The notes under the pieces were generated by a model. It was not told the DNA's origin. It worked only from the letters and a program-made list of their open reading frames with translations, and searched no databases. The translations under genes were made by a program, and so were the position numbers. A DNA stretch of 63,961 nt, the filler included, from an uncultured Myxococcia bacterium (lineage in GTDB: Bacteria > CAZTWC01), in NCBI GenBank assembly GCA_964617105.1. It is 7 parts of 7 records of this genome, joined end to end, with 100 filler letters (N's around TTAATTAATTAA, not from the genome) between each part and the next. Parts side by side here need not be neighbours in the genome. Positions count along the whole stretch, not along the records: positions 47,584 to 56,918 come from CAZTWC010000138.1; positions 57,019 to 63,961 come from CAZTWC010000204.1; 5 more parts are not named here. The stretch is one strand, 5' to 3'. Shown piece after piece: positions 51,201 to 60,604 of this stretch (position 1 is its first letter; each line of letters starts with the position of its first letter).

Positions 51201-52207
51201 AAACTGAAGGTAATATAATAATTGTCCTTGTTTTCAATGTCAGTTAGAAAAGGAGTGTTGGCTGTATCTTTTCCTAGAAGGACGTTTCCCATTTTTTCTG
51301 GGTCTACTTTTTCTACGTTGCCTATTCCCACTTTATCCCATTTACCGGTTTTATGGTTGAACCCCTCAAGCAGGATATTTTTCATTTTGGTGAATTCAGT
51401 GGTCCCTTTGGTCGGATCAGAGGCGGGAAACATTGTTTTCATTGGAGCATTTAAACCTCTAACTCCCTCTAAATTCATAGTAAAAGCGGTCAGGCCCCTA
51501 ACTCCCAGGTTCATATCTGCTTCGGTTTTTCCCAAAGGATTTGGTAGTCCTTGTGGTTGTTTACCAAGTGGGTTAGGTAATGTCTGGGGGGCATCTCCCA
51601 TTGGATTGGGCAATCCTTCGGGAGGGAGTTGTTCAATAGAAACACTTACCAGTGGGGCGTCCTCTTCGGGATCAATGGCATCGGGGGGGATCAATACAGC
51701 CCCCTCTCCCATAGAAGTATCCTTGATATGGTTGTAAGTGGAAAAATTCTGAATAATGGTCTTGCTCTTAAAACGGGTCAGAATCAATTCTTCCATATCC
51801 AGAATATGATTAAACTGCACTGCTACCGGAAATTGAATATCTTTAATATCACCCAGGTGGGATGCGTTGAATTCCATCTCATATCTGCCCTCAGGCAACT
51901 CTCCGATGTGAAAAGAACCATCTTCTCCACTGACAACTTCTTTAGTGTCACCTACGGTATCTTCATATTTGTAGGTAGCAGAAATTTTAACTCCAGCCAG
52001 AGGAGCATAAAACTGGTCAATTATCGTGCCGGTTATTGCTGATATTTTGTAGTTCTTAGTTTTCTCGCCAATACCTCCGTCTTTGGCGTTGCCAACTACT
52101 CCCCCGTCATTAGTCTGTTCATCTTTTTTGCTGCTACCGCCGCCGCAATGGACCGTCAACAGAAGAGCAAGTAGGATAAAGCAGCCTAAGATAAGAAATT
52201 TTTTCAT
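48257..52207 (-). CDS. Large lipoprotein: carboxypeptidase-regulatory-like, ZU5-like, DTDxDG (TSP3-like) repeats, FG-GAP/VCBS propeller, terminal MopE-like motif
   Basis: Lipobox TVHC; ITGTIID; DTDSDGLSD/DTDNDG repeats; DLNADGYDDIIV, DVDGKNGLDLIV, GDFNQDDKPDFV; EICDGMDNDCDGDTDEG. Confidence 0.85.
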   Translation of the reverse strand: MKKFLILGCFILLALLLTVHCGGGSSKKDEQTNDGGVVGNAKDGGIGEKTKNYKISAITGTIIDQFYAPLAGVKISATYKYEDTVGDTKEVVSGEDGSFHIGELPEGRYEMEFNASHLGDIKDIQFPVAVQFNHILDMEELILTRFKSKTIIQNFSTYNHIKDTSMGEGAVLIPPDAIDPEEDAPLVSVSIEQLPPEGLPNPMGDAPQTLPNPLGKQPQGLPNPLGKTEADMNLGVRGLTAFTMNLEGVRGLNAPMKTMFPASDPTKGTTEFTKMKNILLEGFNHKTGKWDKVGIGNVEKVDPEKMGNVLLGKDTANTPFLTDIENKDNYYITFSFDGKPTRHYYRFISNQTVPENMKPVKIDGLLRFGDNCSGSGPPNVSEYNLRPFSMWLNLFFIDEQDKHLTEYGIRKKTTVNPKSGLATFIVPPAVFNPAGKILTKISQKSHFKIKNRLYTTEGKLLAVNQKNQVCQDGYVCYSLADFKIKDLGSTPLLQNTFCMGSVSHNMDFFTINSNLICQDLTRCIFSKVLPEFNKLQIKVKMEGERVTEKLKNQSFSFRNGGVKIYYPLGSKVTVSVSNGDLGENLQPATCEYNYLPDNSYTLKNVKCKTDNISLSTNDGGGYKINLTFNAKDSDQDKLNDLIEKWIGSAKDKKDTDSDGLSDFLELTLKNKAYWGSSPLSKDTDNDGLSDKDEKDMGLPAHSMDHDRDSLYDGEETSRKTSPFKRDTDNDGIIDGLEVTFGTDPLKKESVPEASIEYRAYRSFKGRQWANMDAAFCDLNADGYDDIIVSHGTVSYGNSNSLILSNGGGGFLPARTFDSRFKDASTSVVCGYINSDTYMDLVFGNTNKDKRGAQSRVYLSKEKFQSNKKVEDLFDIYTLDKNPTQDLALADVDGKNGLDLIVASGHQGQGGAANLVLLNDGTGKFTNQTSTWQAPDNNGETRVVAQGDFNQDDKPDFVFGQDQGLIKVWLNQNNKFIAAKIDNLENGEYLDLQVLDVDGDEKNDILYTRKKVMIGNNYSLASFNKAIGLCLNNGDGTVFNCRNIQADFSAVKDIPAGSAEFTASAMVDMDGDQLPDLLTASFLDYNYYLRNNGHYNFEYIPFMLPKDFDNTSRIHVFDFNHDNLPDLFMNSLNRSDRDYLLYRGQKRYSNSFLTSIYPEHIFPEVGTNLNKYFSVFGMGFRSGTKVYLKKDGKVVFESLSPKINNSGTRLNFSLIDAENQVTFSGHLNQKKSEYLFSKAGVYDLEVKIPEFRGNQIKHITYVMRDRFTIFKQECRLINKHLSICPPAVAGCISEPEICDGMDNDCDGDTDEGLQCNP

Positions 52208-52262
52208 TACAAAATCCCTTTAGTTTTTGTTTTTAATTTGGGTAGGTAATCTTCCTGAGGTC

Positions 52263-52332
52263 GAACCCGCCTGCGGCGGTTCACGTTGTTTTGCCATCCG
52301 CGGCAAAACAATCCCGGGATTTTAATCCCTGG
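52263..52332. repeat. Cluster of three REP-like hairpins
   Basis: GAACCCGCCTGCGGCGGTTC; TTGTTTTGCC-ATCCGC-GGCAAAACAA; CCGGGATT-TT-AATCCCTGG. Confidence 0.6.
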
Positions 52333-52341
52333 TTGACAATG

Positions 52342-53247
52342 TTATTTGTTTTTCTCATTTTTAAACTGGTTAGAGGCTTTATCCATAGCCTTTTTTACCA
52401 TTTCCATTGGGTCCTCGGTGCTGGCTTTATGGATATTTTCCTGAGCCATGATGGTGGACTCAACTTTGGGTCTTTCTACATTATCTTCACTTTTTTCTTG
52501 CTGTGGCGGGCCAGAGGGAGGTGGTGGTGCAGCAGCATTGGGATCAGCATCGCTGGTATCGGCTGTCTGCTTGGCAATATCAACCATGGAAGCGGCCATT
52601 TGAGCCAAATCTGTTTTACTCTTCTTCTTTGTTGATTGCTCACTTTCTAACTGGACTACCGAGCCTTTTTCCAGTTCCTCAAAGGAGGAGAGGAAAAAAC
52701 GTTGAAAATATTTGCGATCCTTGGAAATATCTTTTTTGATAACTTCAATGGGAAAAGTTGGTTTTACCAGCAGGAACCTGCCTCCGTCCAAATAAGCCTC
52801 TTGGAGTTGTCCAATTTTATAAGGTTGAAGATTGGGTTCCAGACATTTCATTGAATTTGGGATATCGGTTCCTGTTTTAGCATAGATGGGAAAAGGAAAA
52901 GTCTTTTTTAGCAGCATGTTAAAGAAGCGGTTGTCGCCCTTGAATTCAAGGATTATTTTTGCTGAACTCTCCCTGCTCACCGCTTTAAATTTGCACCAAT
53001 AGAGTTGTTTTTTGAACACCAGATTGAGGTTATCTTCCAATTTGAAACTCAGCATATACTTAACTAAAGTTTGGAAATCTATATCTAGTTCCAGTGGAGC
53101 CAGATATTTGAGCAGAGTTGAGGAAAAAGCTCGGAAATTTTCAGCCGATGGGCTAGTAAAGGCAAAGAAATAGGGAGAGCGTCCCTTGCATAAAGATCCT
53201 AAAGAATAGATATCAGCATCTTCTCTTGGTATTTTTATCTGTACCAT
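52342..53247 (-). CDS. Hypothetical protein with disordered C-terminus
   Basis: AGGAGG RBS; 301-aa ORF; no family recognised. Confidence 0.7.
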   Translation of the reverse strand: MVQIKIPREDADIYSLGSLCKGRSPYFFAFTSPSAENFRAFSSTLLKYLAPLELDIDFQTLVKYMLSFKLEDNLNLVFKKQLYWCKFKAVSRESSAKIILEFKGDNRFFNMLLKKTFPFPIYAKTGTDIPNSMKCLEPNLQPYKIGQLQEAYLDGGRFLLVKPTFPIEVIKKDISKDRKYFQRFFLSSFEELEKGSVVQLESEQSTKKKSKTDLAQMAASMVDIAKQTADTSDADPNAAAPPPPSGPPQQEKSEDNVERPKVESTIMAQENIHKASTEDPMEMVKKAMDKASNQFKNEKNK

Positions 53248-53330
53248 AACTCCTCCTGGGATTACTTTCCGGACGGTAAATAATCAAAGAAAAGATATAT
53301 TACAATTTTATTAGATAAATCGCAAGAGAT

Positions 53331-55172
53331 TCATTGCTGGCGCAGATAGGTTTGCCAAACTTTTTTGGCTATAGAAGCAGCCCCTGAAGAGCCATGACCT
53401 CCGTGTTCATTTAAAATAATCAGGGCAATTTTTGGTTTATCTATAGTTGCTATAGATGCAAACCAGGCATGGTCTTTATGAAAAAAATTGCCTGCTCTAA
53501 CTCTTTTTAAGTTAACCACTTGAGCAGTTCCGGTTTTTCCTCCCAGGGGAAAGTCTTCCAGGCGATACCAATAGGCTGTCCCACCTTTTTCATTCACCAC
53601 CGCCTTGAGTCCCTTAAGGATTATGTTTATATTTTTCGGATTAAATTTTAAATGAGCGCGTATCTCAGGTTTTTTTTTATCCAATATATTGCCCTGGTTA
53701 TCTTCTAACTGTTTAACCAAACGGGGTCTGAAGAGTTGTCCGCCGTTAGAAAGAGTTGCATAAAGTAAAGCCATTTGAAGAGGAGTTACATTAACATCTC
53801 CCTGGCCGATTACATTATTTAGTATAAAACCTTTCTGAAAACCGTACTTTAAATGGCGGTTGTAGTAATCCTTGGAAGGGATTATACCCTTAACCTCATT
53901 TTTCAAAATAATCCCGGTTTTTTGGCCCAATCCCAATTTTCTGGCCATGGAACAGAAAGAATCCAGCCCCAACTCTAATCCCAATTTGTAGAAAAAGACA
54001 TCACAGGATTGTTTCATAGAGCTAATAAAATCCATACGGCCATGTCCAGCCCGTTTCCAGCATGACCATCTGCGTCTTCCCAACCTGGTTGAACCTCCGC
54101 AGTTTACCTGAAAATTTTTATCTGGTCTCCCAGCTTCCAGAGCGGCCAGGGCTGGTACCACTTTAAAAATTGAACCCGGGGGATAGTGTTGTTGAATTGT
54201 CCGGTTTATCCAGGGCGTTAGAGGGTCGGTATCCAATTGTTTTTTCAATTTTGCATCTATCCTGCCGCTAAGTAGGTTGGGATCAAAACCGGGTTTACTG
54301 TAAAGAGCGAGGATATCACCGGTATTGACATCCACACCTACAGCCGCCCCGGCTTTACCATGAAAATTCTGAAAGATTGCTTTTTGCAGTTCAATGTCAA
54401 TGGTGGTTCTAAGGTTGTTGCCAGAAACTGGAGGCGTCAGGCGATGCTCATCGGCTCCCAGAAATTTTTCAGCCTGATCATCCACCTCCTTACCTCTGGC
54501 ATCCACAATGATTTTTTCTAAACCATCCTGGCCGCGCAAATGCTTTTCAAATATCTTTTCCAACCCAAAACGGCCGATTAAATCTCCTTTATAATATCCC
54601 AGGCTTTTAAGTCTTTTATATTCATGTTGGTTGATCTCATTCATAAAACCCACCAGGTGACTGAGTGCTTCTCCAAAGGGGTAATAACGTCTTTGCTTAA
54701 CCTGTATGGTTATTCCATCCAGGTCATTTTTAAAGGTTTCCACCCAGGTCAATTGATCTCTGGTGATATCTTCCTTGATTAAAATCGGTTGAAATTTCGC
54801 TAGCCCCCGGGCTTTGGAGACAGTTTTATTTATTTTTTGAAGGTCGGTTTTTTTTAGTTCTATCTGTTCACTCAATTTTTTTAATACCTGGGTGTTCTGA
54901 TAAAAGGCTGGAGTTACGTAGAGGTTGACACAAGGGCGGTTACCGGCCAGCATTACACCGTTACGATCCAATATTTTTCCCCGGTCGTGAGCTACACGCT
55001 GATGCTGGACGAAATTTTCTTCCGACAGGTGGCGGAAATTTTCTCCCTGAATGATTTGCAAAGAAAAAAGACGGCACACCAGAAGGAAAATGGCCAACGC
55101 GACTAATAAAATTGCCACATGCCTGCTGCGGCGAAATTCACTAAATTCAAACCGGTGTTCTGTCAGTCCCAT
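53331..55172 (-). CDS. mrdA: Penicillin-binding protein 2
   Basis: RGKILDRNG, PPGSIFK (SxxK), SCD, KTGTAQ; follows mreCD. Confidence 0.95.
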   Translation of the reverse strand: MGLTEHRFEFSEFRRSRHVAILLVALAIFLLVCRLFSLQIIQGENFRHLSEENFVQHQRVAHDRGKILDRNGVMLAGNRPCVNLYVTPAFYQNTQVLKKLSEQIELKKTDLQKINKTVSKARGLAKFQPILIKEDITRDQLTWVETFKNDLDGITIQVKQRRYYPFGEALSHLVGFMNEINQHEYKRLKSLGYYKGDLIGRFGLEKIFEKHLRGQDGLEKIIVDARGKEVDDQAEKFLGADEHRLTPPVSGNNLRTTIDIELQKAIFQNFHGKAGAAVGVDVNTGDILALYSKPGFDPNLLSGRIDAKLKKQLDTDPLTPWINRTIQQHYPPGSIFKVVPALAALEAGRPDKNFQVNCGGSTRLGRRRWSCWKRAGHGRMDFISSMKQSCDVFFYKLGLELGLDSFCSMARKLGLGQKTGIILKNEVKGIIPSKDYYNRHLKYGFQKGFILNNVIGQGDVNVTPLQMALLYATLSNGGQLFRPRLVKQLEDNQGNILDKKKPEIRAHLKFNPKNINIILKGLKAVVNEKGGTAYWYRLEDFPLGGKTGTAQVVNLKRVRAGNFFHKDHAWFASIATIDKPKIALIILNEHGGHGSSGAASIAKKVWQTYLRQQ

Positions 55173-55174
55173 GA

Positions 55175-55681
55175 TTAATAACTAATCCCAATTCTGCGAT
55201 TTCTGTTTCCTGGGCTGGCGGGTAATATTTTTTTTACCAGCGGCAGTAAAAGCAAACCGGCCAAAGCAGTGATTATTGGATTCAGGAGTAAAAATTCGGC
55301 CAATAACCACCAGGAGTCTTGGTTGCGAAATAGCGGTATTAGTATTAGCCATAAGACTAAATAGATGAAAGTTATAAAAGCGGTTAGAATTGAAAAGGTA
55401 AAATTGGACTTTTCAAGATATTCGGTTACTAAAAAAAGAGAGATAAATATAACCACAAAAATCAAACAGTTTAACCCGATATAGACCGGAGAAAACAGAT
55501 CTGCCAACAGGCCTATAAAAAATACCGTAAATGCGCTGCTAAATCTCATGTTTAGCCCCATATAAATAACTATTGGCAACAGCAATTCACACTTGAGCAG
55601 GGCAAAATCGTAGTGATAATAGATAATGCTTTCTAAAACAAGTAAAAACCAGGAAAATAAAATGATAAATAAACTGCGCAT
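55175..55681 (-). CDS. mreD: Rod shape-determining protein MreD
   Basis: Five TM segments, FFIGLLADLFS; lies between mreC and mrdA. Confidence 0.85.
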   Translation of the reverse strand: MRSLFIILFSWFLLVLESIIYYHYDFALLKCELLLPIVIYMGLNMRFSSAFTVFFIGLLADLFSPVYIGLNCLIFVVIFISLFLVTEYLEKSNFTFSILTAFITFIYLVLWLILIPLFRNQDSWWLLAEFLLLNPIITALAGLLLLPLVKKILPASPGNRNRRIGISY

Positions 55682-55690
55682 AAAACTAAA

Positions 55691-56503
55691 TTATTCAAGT
55701 AGTATTTCTGCATATTCCAACCGGCTCAAATCTACCGCCGGTTTTAGCCGGGCTTGCAAGTAAAAGCCATAGGGCTTTTTCGAAATTTTGGCTACCTCCC
55801 CAACCGGCAAACCCTTGGGAAAACGATTTCCCATCCCCGAAGTTACCACTTTATCGCCAACTATCAGGTCCGTCTCTTTCAATATATAGTGGACAGAGCA
55901 GGAGATATCTTCTGAAGAACCGCTCCCTTTTACCATTCCTCTGGTTCGGTTTCTGAATACGATAATATCAACCGAACTACGAGGATCGGTTATAGTGAGA
56001 ACATCGCAATAATTTTTAAAGACTCGAAAGACAAATCCCACCACTCCTTGAGGCGCTTTTACTGCCATCCCTTTTTTTACGCCCTTCTCACTTCCCTGGT
56101 TAAGTTTTAACATCCGCACAAAAGGGGAGGGTGAGACCCCAATTACCCGGGCCACCAACCTCTTTGATTCTGTTTGAGGAGTCATGTTAAAGAGGGTTCT
56201 CAATTGATTGTTCTCTTTTTCTATCTCCAGGCAAAGAGATATTTTTCCAGAAAGTAGATTTAAACGCTGTTTTAAGGCTTGATTCTCTTTTTTAACTTCC
56301 ACCAGCCAGATATAATTATTCCAGAGGTTAGTAAAAAATCCATTGGTACCAGCCGCTGATTCCTGGACTATCACACCTGGAACCACCACTGCTTTGACTA
56401 CAGCATTAAATTCTTGTTTTTTCTCTAAACGGGAAAGTAGAAAGAGTAATGAGATTAAAAGTAAGATGATTATAATGGTGGATAAAATATTTTTCTTTGA
56501 CAT
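55691..56503 (-). CDS. mreC: Rod shape-determining protein MreC
   Basis: ENQALK/ENNQLR coiled coil, ARVIG, VVTSGMGNRFPKGLPVG, PAVDLSRLE. Confidence 0.95.
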   Translation of the reverse strand: MSKKNILSTIIIILLLISLLFLLSRLEKKQEFNAVVKAVVVPGVIVQESAAGTNGFFTNLWNNYIWLVEVKKENQALKQRLNLLSGKISLCLEIEKENNQLRTLFNMTPQTESKRLVARVIGVSPSPFVRMLKLNQGSEKGVKKGMAVKAPQGVVGFVFRVFKNYCDVLTITDPRSSVDIIVFRNRTRGMVKGSGSSEDISCSVHYILKETDLIVGDKVVTSGMGNRFPKGLPVGEVAKISKKPYGFYLQARLKPAVDLSRLEYAEILLE

Positions 56504-56621
56504 TGATTCTCTTCCCCACCACCAACCGATAAATAACTGGTGTATCGTTTTTGCCCAGGGGCATGAGTCCGCAGCAATTTTGGCAACGAAACTGATTCCC
56601 GGACAGCAAATAGCCAGTTTG

Positions 56622-56918
56622 TCATGATTTTATAGAGACACTTTTTAACAAGTCAGGATTGGCCAGAGCCCTGCCGCAGCCAACCACCACGGAAAGTAAT
56701 GGATCGTCTGCCAAAATAACCGGAAGATTTAGATTTTCCCGCAAACAGGTGTCCAGATTATTCAATAATCCGCCGCCACCGGTTAACACAATCCCTTTAT
56801 CAACAATGTCAGCCGCCAATTCCGGAGGAGTCCTTTCCAGAACTGTTCTAACCGAATCTAAGATTTGTCCCACCGGTTCTGATAGGGCTTCCCTGATCTC
56901 CACCGAAGTTACCTGTAG
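56622..56918 (-). CDS. mreB: MreB, 5'-partial
   Basis: LERTPPELAADIVDKGIVLTGGGGLL...DDPL. Confidence 0.95.
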   Translation of the reverse strand, partial: LQVTSVEIREALSEPVGQILDSVRTVLERTPPELAADIVDKGIVLTGGGGLLNNLDTCLRENLNLPVILADDPLLSVVVGCGRALANPDLLKSVSIKS

Positions 56919-57018
56919 NNNNNNNNNNNNNNNNNNNNNNNNNNNNNNNNNNNNNNNNNNNNTTAATTAATTAANNNNNNNNNNNNNNNNNNNNNNNNNN
57001 NNNNNNNNNNNNNNNNNN
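56919..57018. other. Artificial contig linker
   Basis: N44-TTAATTAATTAA-N44. Confidence 0.98.
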
Positions 57019-60000
57019 GAGCATCAAAATATTGCCGAAGTTTGCGATGGCAAAGACAATGACTGTGACGGTGAAACTGATGAAGGTTGGTTAAACGCCT
57101 GCCAGGGCTGCGGTGATCTGCAAGGTGTGCCGGGTATGGCCTGTGACAGTGATGACAGCGACTTATGCGCCAATGGTTCCTGGACCTGTAAAAGCGACAA
57201 AACCGATGTGGAATGCATCAACGAAAGTCAGTTAAATATAACCGAGATCTGTGACGGAAAAGACAACGACTGTGACAAATATATTGACGAAGAGGTATTT
57301 AATAACTGCGGCGGCTGCGGAACCATGAAAGGTGAGCCTGGTGATACTTGCGACGGCTTTGACAGCGACCTGTGCGCCAATGGCACCTGGTCATGCATGA
57401 GTGACAAGAGTGATGTGGAATGTATCAATGAAGTTAAGACCGATATCCTCGAGATCTGCGACAACCTTGATAATGACTGCGATGGCCAGACCGATGAAGG
57501 CACCACCAATGCCTGCGGCGGCTGCGGCGACTTGACCGGCTCTCCCCAGGAGGTTTGTGACAGTGATGACAGCGACCTGTGCAAATATGGCACCTGGACC
57601 TGTAAATCTGATAAAAGTTCACTCCAGTGTCTCAACGAAGATCCCAGAGAGGTAAAGGAGATCTGCGACAGCAGTGATAATGATTGTGACGGCAGCACTG
57701 ATGAGGATTTTGATCTCTATAGGGATTCAAACCACTGCGGTGGTTGCAATCTCAGTTGTCCAAAAGCGGCCAATGCAGATGGAGAGTGCAAAGGGGGAAA
57801 ATGCTCTATAAAGTGCTGGGATGGATATTGGAACATTAATCAAAAAGAGGATGATGGTTGTGAATATCATTGTTTAGTCTCAAACCATGGAGAAGAGATC
57901 TGTGATGACAAAGACAATGACTGCAACGGCCAAATCGATGAAAAATGGACAAACAAGGGCAATAGTTGCGATGGCAATGATGTGGATAAATGCGCTACCG
58001 GCACCTATACCTGCTCTGCTGACGGAACAGACCTGGCCTGTAACAACGAGCAGGATCCTAACAAAAAAGAGATTTGTAATTCTCTAGATGATGACTGCGA
58101 TGGTGATACTGATGAAAACCTGGTTCCGCCCTTTTGTCAAAAGCAGTTGGGAGTTTGCAGCGGCAGCAGAAAAGAGTGCGGCAGCGATAAAGGATGGTTG
58201 AGTTGCGCCGGAACCGCCTCTTATGGAGCATTCTATGAGGAGCAGGAAACCAAGTGTGATGGGCTGGACAATGACTGCAACGGCGTTGCTGACAAGGGAT
58301 GTGCCTGCACGATAGATGCAGAGAGGGTGTGCGGTAAAAATCTTGGTATCTGCAAAATGGGGACACAGGTGTGTGGCACAGACGGCACCTGGGGACCATG
58401 TATAGATGGACAGGGTCCAGAAGAAGAAATTTGCGATGGTAAAGATAACAACTGCAACGGACTGACGGACGATGGATTTGATCTGGCCAGTTCTCCACTC
58501 AACTGTGGAGTATGTCAGAATAATTGCCCTGCCTACACCAACGGAAAGGCGGTTTGCCAAGACGGCCAATGCGGTGTGGTTTGCCAGGAGGGATTTTTCA
58601 ACCTCAATGGCAATGATGACGATGGCTGCGAATACCATTGCAGCATTAGCCAGCAGAGTAATGAAATTTGTGATGGCAAGGATAATAATTGTGACGGCCG
58701 GACCGATGAGAAGACCGATTTTCTCAACGATCCTGGTAACTGCGGCCAATGCGACAACCATTGCCGGTTTGACAACAGTCTGGCCAAATGCAGCAATGGA
58801 CTTTGTATCCTGGATGAATGCCTGGATGGATATTTCAATATCAACAAAACCAAACAGGATGGCTGCGAGTATCAATGCCAAATCCTGAACAGTGGAGTGG
58901 AATACTGTGACCAGATAGACAACAATTGCGACGGTTTTGTGGATGAAAACTGCCTCCAGTGTAGAGATGGTGAGCGGCAAGATTGCTATACCGGCCCGGN
59001 NNNNNNNNNAAGATATTGGGGCCTGCAAGGGAGGTGAACAGGTTTGTATCCAGGGTAAATGGGATCTGTGCCAGGGGGGAGAGCAGGTTCCGGAAGATGA
59101 AACCTGTGACGAAGCGGACAACGACTGTGACGGTCAAACCGATGAAGAGTTGCAACCATTGCATTGCGGTCTGGGAGAGTGCCGGGTAAAGGTGGAAGCC
59201 TGTATTCAGGGCAAACTTCAGCCCTGTATCCCCAATAAACCGCCACGGCAAAACGAACTGTGCGATCATAAGGATAACAACTGTGATGGAAAAACCGATG
59301 AAGGTTTTAACATCGGAAAAGAGTGCACAGCCCTGGGTGAATGTGGTCTGGGAAAAATTGAGTGTGAAATCCAGGGTGGGATCACCACCGTCTGTTCCAC
59401 AGCACCCGGTGCAACTCAATCCAAAGCCGAAAAAGAGATCTGTGACCAAAAAGATAATAACTGTGACGGAGAAACCGATGAAAAACTAACCGGATGCGGC
59501 TTGTGTGGAGTTAAAGAGGTTTGCGGCGATGGCAAAGACAATGATTGTAACGGTAGTGTGGATGAGGGTTGCCAATGCAAACCAGGAGAGGAAATAAAAT
59601 GTGGTGATCTGCAACTTTCCGGTATTGGTGAATGCCAGGCTGGATTGCAGAAATGTAATTCAGAGGGAAAATGGCAGGATTGTCAAGGCGAAAAGAAACC
59701 CATAATTGAAAAATGCGACCTCAAGGACAACGATTGCGATGGCTTGACTGACGAAGAGATTCAGGATGCCGGCGATAGTTGCGGCCAAAAAGAGGGGCTA
59801 TGCCAAATGGGAAAAATCGCCTGTGCAAAGGGAAAACTGGTCTGTCAAGATACGGTTGAACCGGTAGAAGAGGAGTGTGGTGATAAGTTGGATAACAATT
59901 GCGATGGTAAAACCGATGAGGATTGCGATGATTCGACGGTTAAGAAGAATTTGGATAAAAAGGGCGGCGTGGTCAACGGTCCAAAAGGTTCCAGGGTGAT

Positions 60001-60535
60001 TCTACCAGAGGGAGCGGTATCAGAGGGAACAGAGATAAAAATATCTCCTGCCACCTCGCAAAAAACCGGTGATAAATTTGTAGCCATGGGAGATTTTTTC
60101 CATATTACCTCCAATTCGCCGCTGGCAAAACCAGCCACCGTAATTTTGCCTTATGATCAGGAAAAAATTCCGGCCGGACATTCCGCTCAAGAATTGGTGA
60201 TTTTTTCAGCGCCAGATAATATTTTGGTATGGGGAGAGTTGCCAAGCCTGTCGGATAAAAATTCTGGACTGGTAGCTGGTGTCGCCTCTCACTTCAGTTA
60301 TTTTGTGGTAGGACTTCCCAAAGTCAAACGAGATGACAAAGTTGATACTGAAGCAGTTGGCTGTTCAATTATTGGAAGCAACTCCAACAATTGGAAATCC
60401 GGAACTGGTAATAATAACTCTGTAAACTATAACCGGAATGAACCCAAAACAACTGGACAATGGGGAACTATATTATTATTGTTGGCCGCGGTTATATGGA
60501 TGCTAATATTACGATTACGCAGGAAATGGATATAA
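57019..60535 (+). CDS. Cys/Asp-rich MopE-like repeat protein, 5'-partial, with ZU5-like domain and MYXO-CTERM-like anchor (one gene across the 10-N gap at 59000-59009)
   Basis: Open from the contig start (EHQNIAEVCDGKDNDCDG); 16 CDxxDN[DN]C[DN]GxxDE-type units counted; KGGVVNGP.GSRVILPEGAV...SHFSYFVV; VGCS...GTILLLLAAVIWMLILRLRRKWI. Confidence 0.88.
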
Positions 60536-60563
60536 AAAAAGCCGGCTGTAAAAGCCGGCTTTC
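60535..60563. terminator. Terminator hairpin between convergent genes
   Basis: AAAAAAGCCGGCT-GTAAA-AGCCGGCTTT. Confidence 0.75.
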
Positions 60564-60604
60564 AAAATCAACTCAGTATGTTAACGAGGGTTAGGGCGTG
60601 AGAA

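Noticed and set aside
9568-57018. TTAATTAATTAA recurring about every 9.4 kb as a biological periodic repeat
   Set aside because: It is always embedded in N44 padding, cuts genes mid-frame and separates contigs of descending length, so it is an assembly linker.
58937-59037. Programmed frameshift or two separate genes in the Cys-rich protein
   Set aside because: The frame change coincides with a 10-N scaffold gap of arbitrary length, and the repeat pattern continues across it.
57019-59930. CRISPR-like or DNA-level repeat array
   Set aside because: The repeats are conserved at protein level with synonymous variation. No identical repeat-spacer structure or cas genes were seen anywhere in the window.
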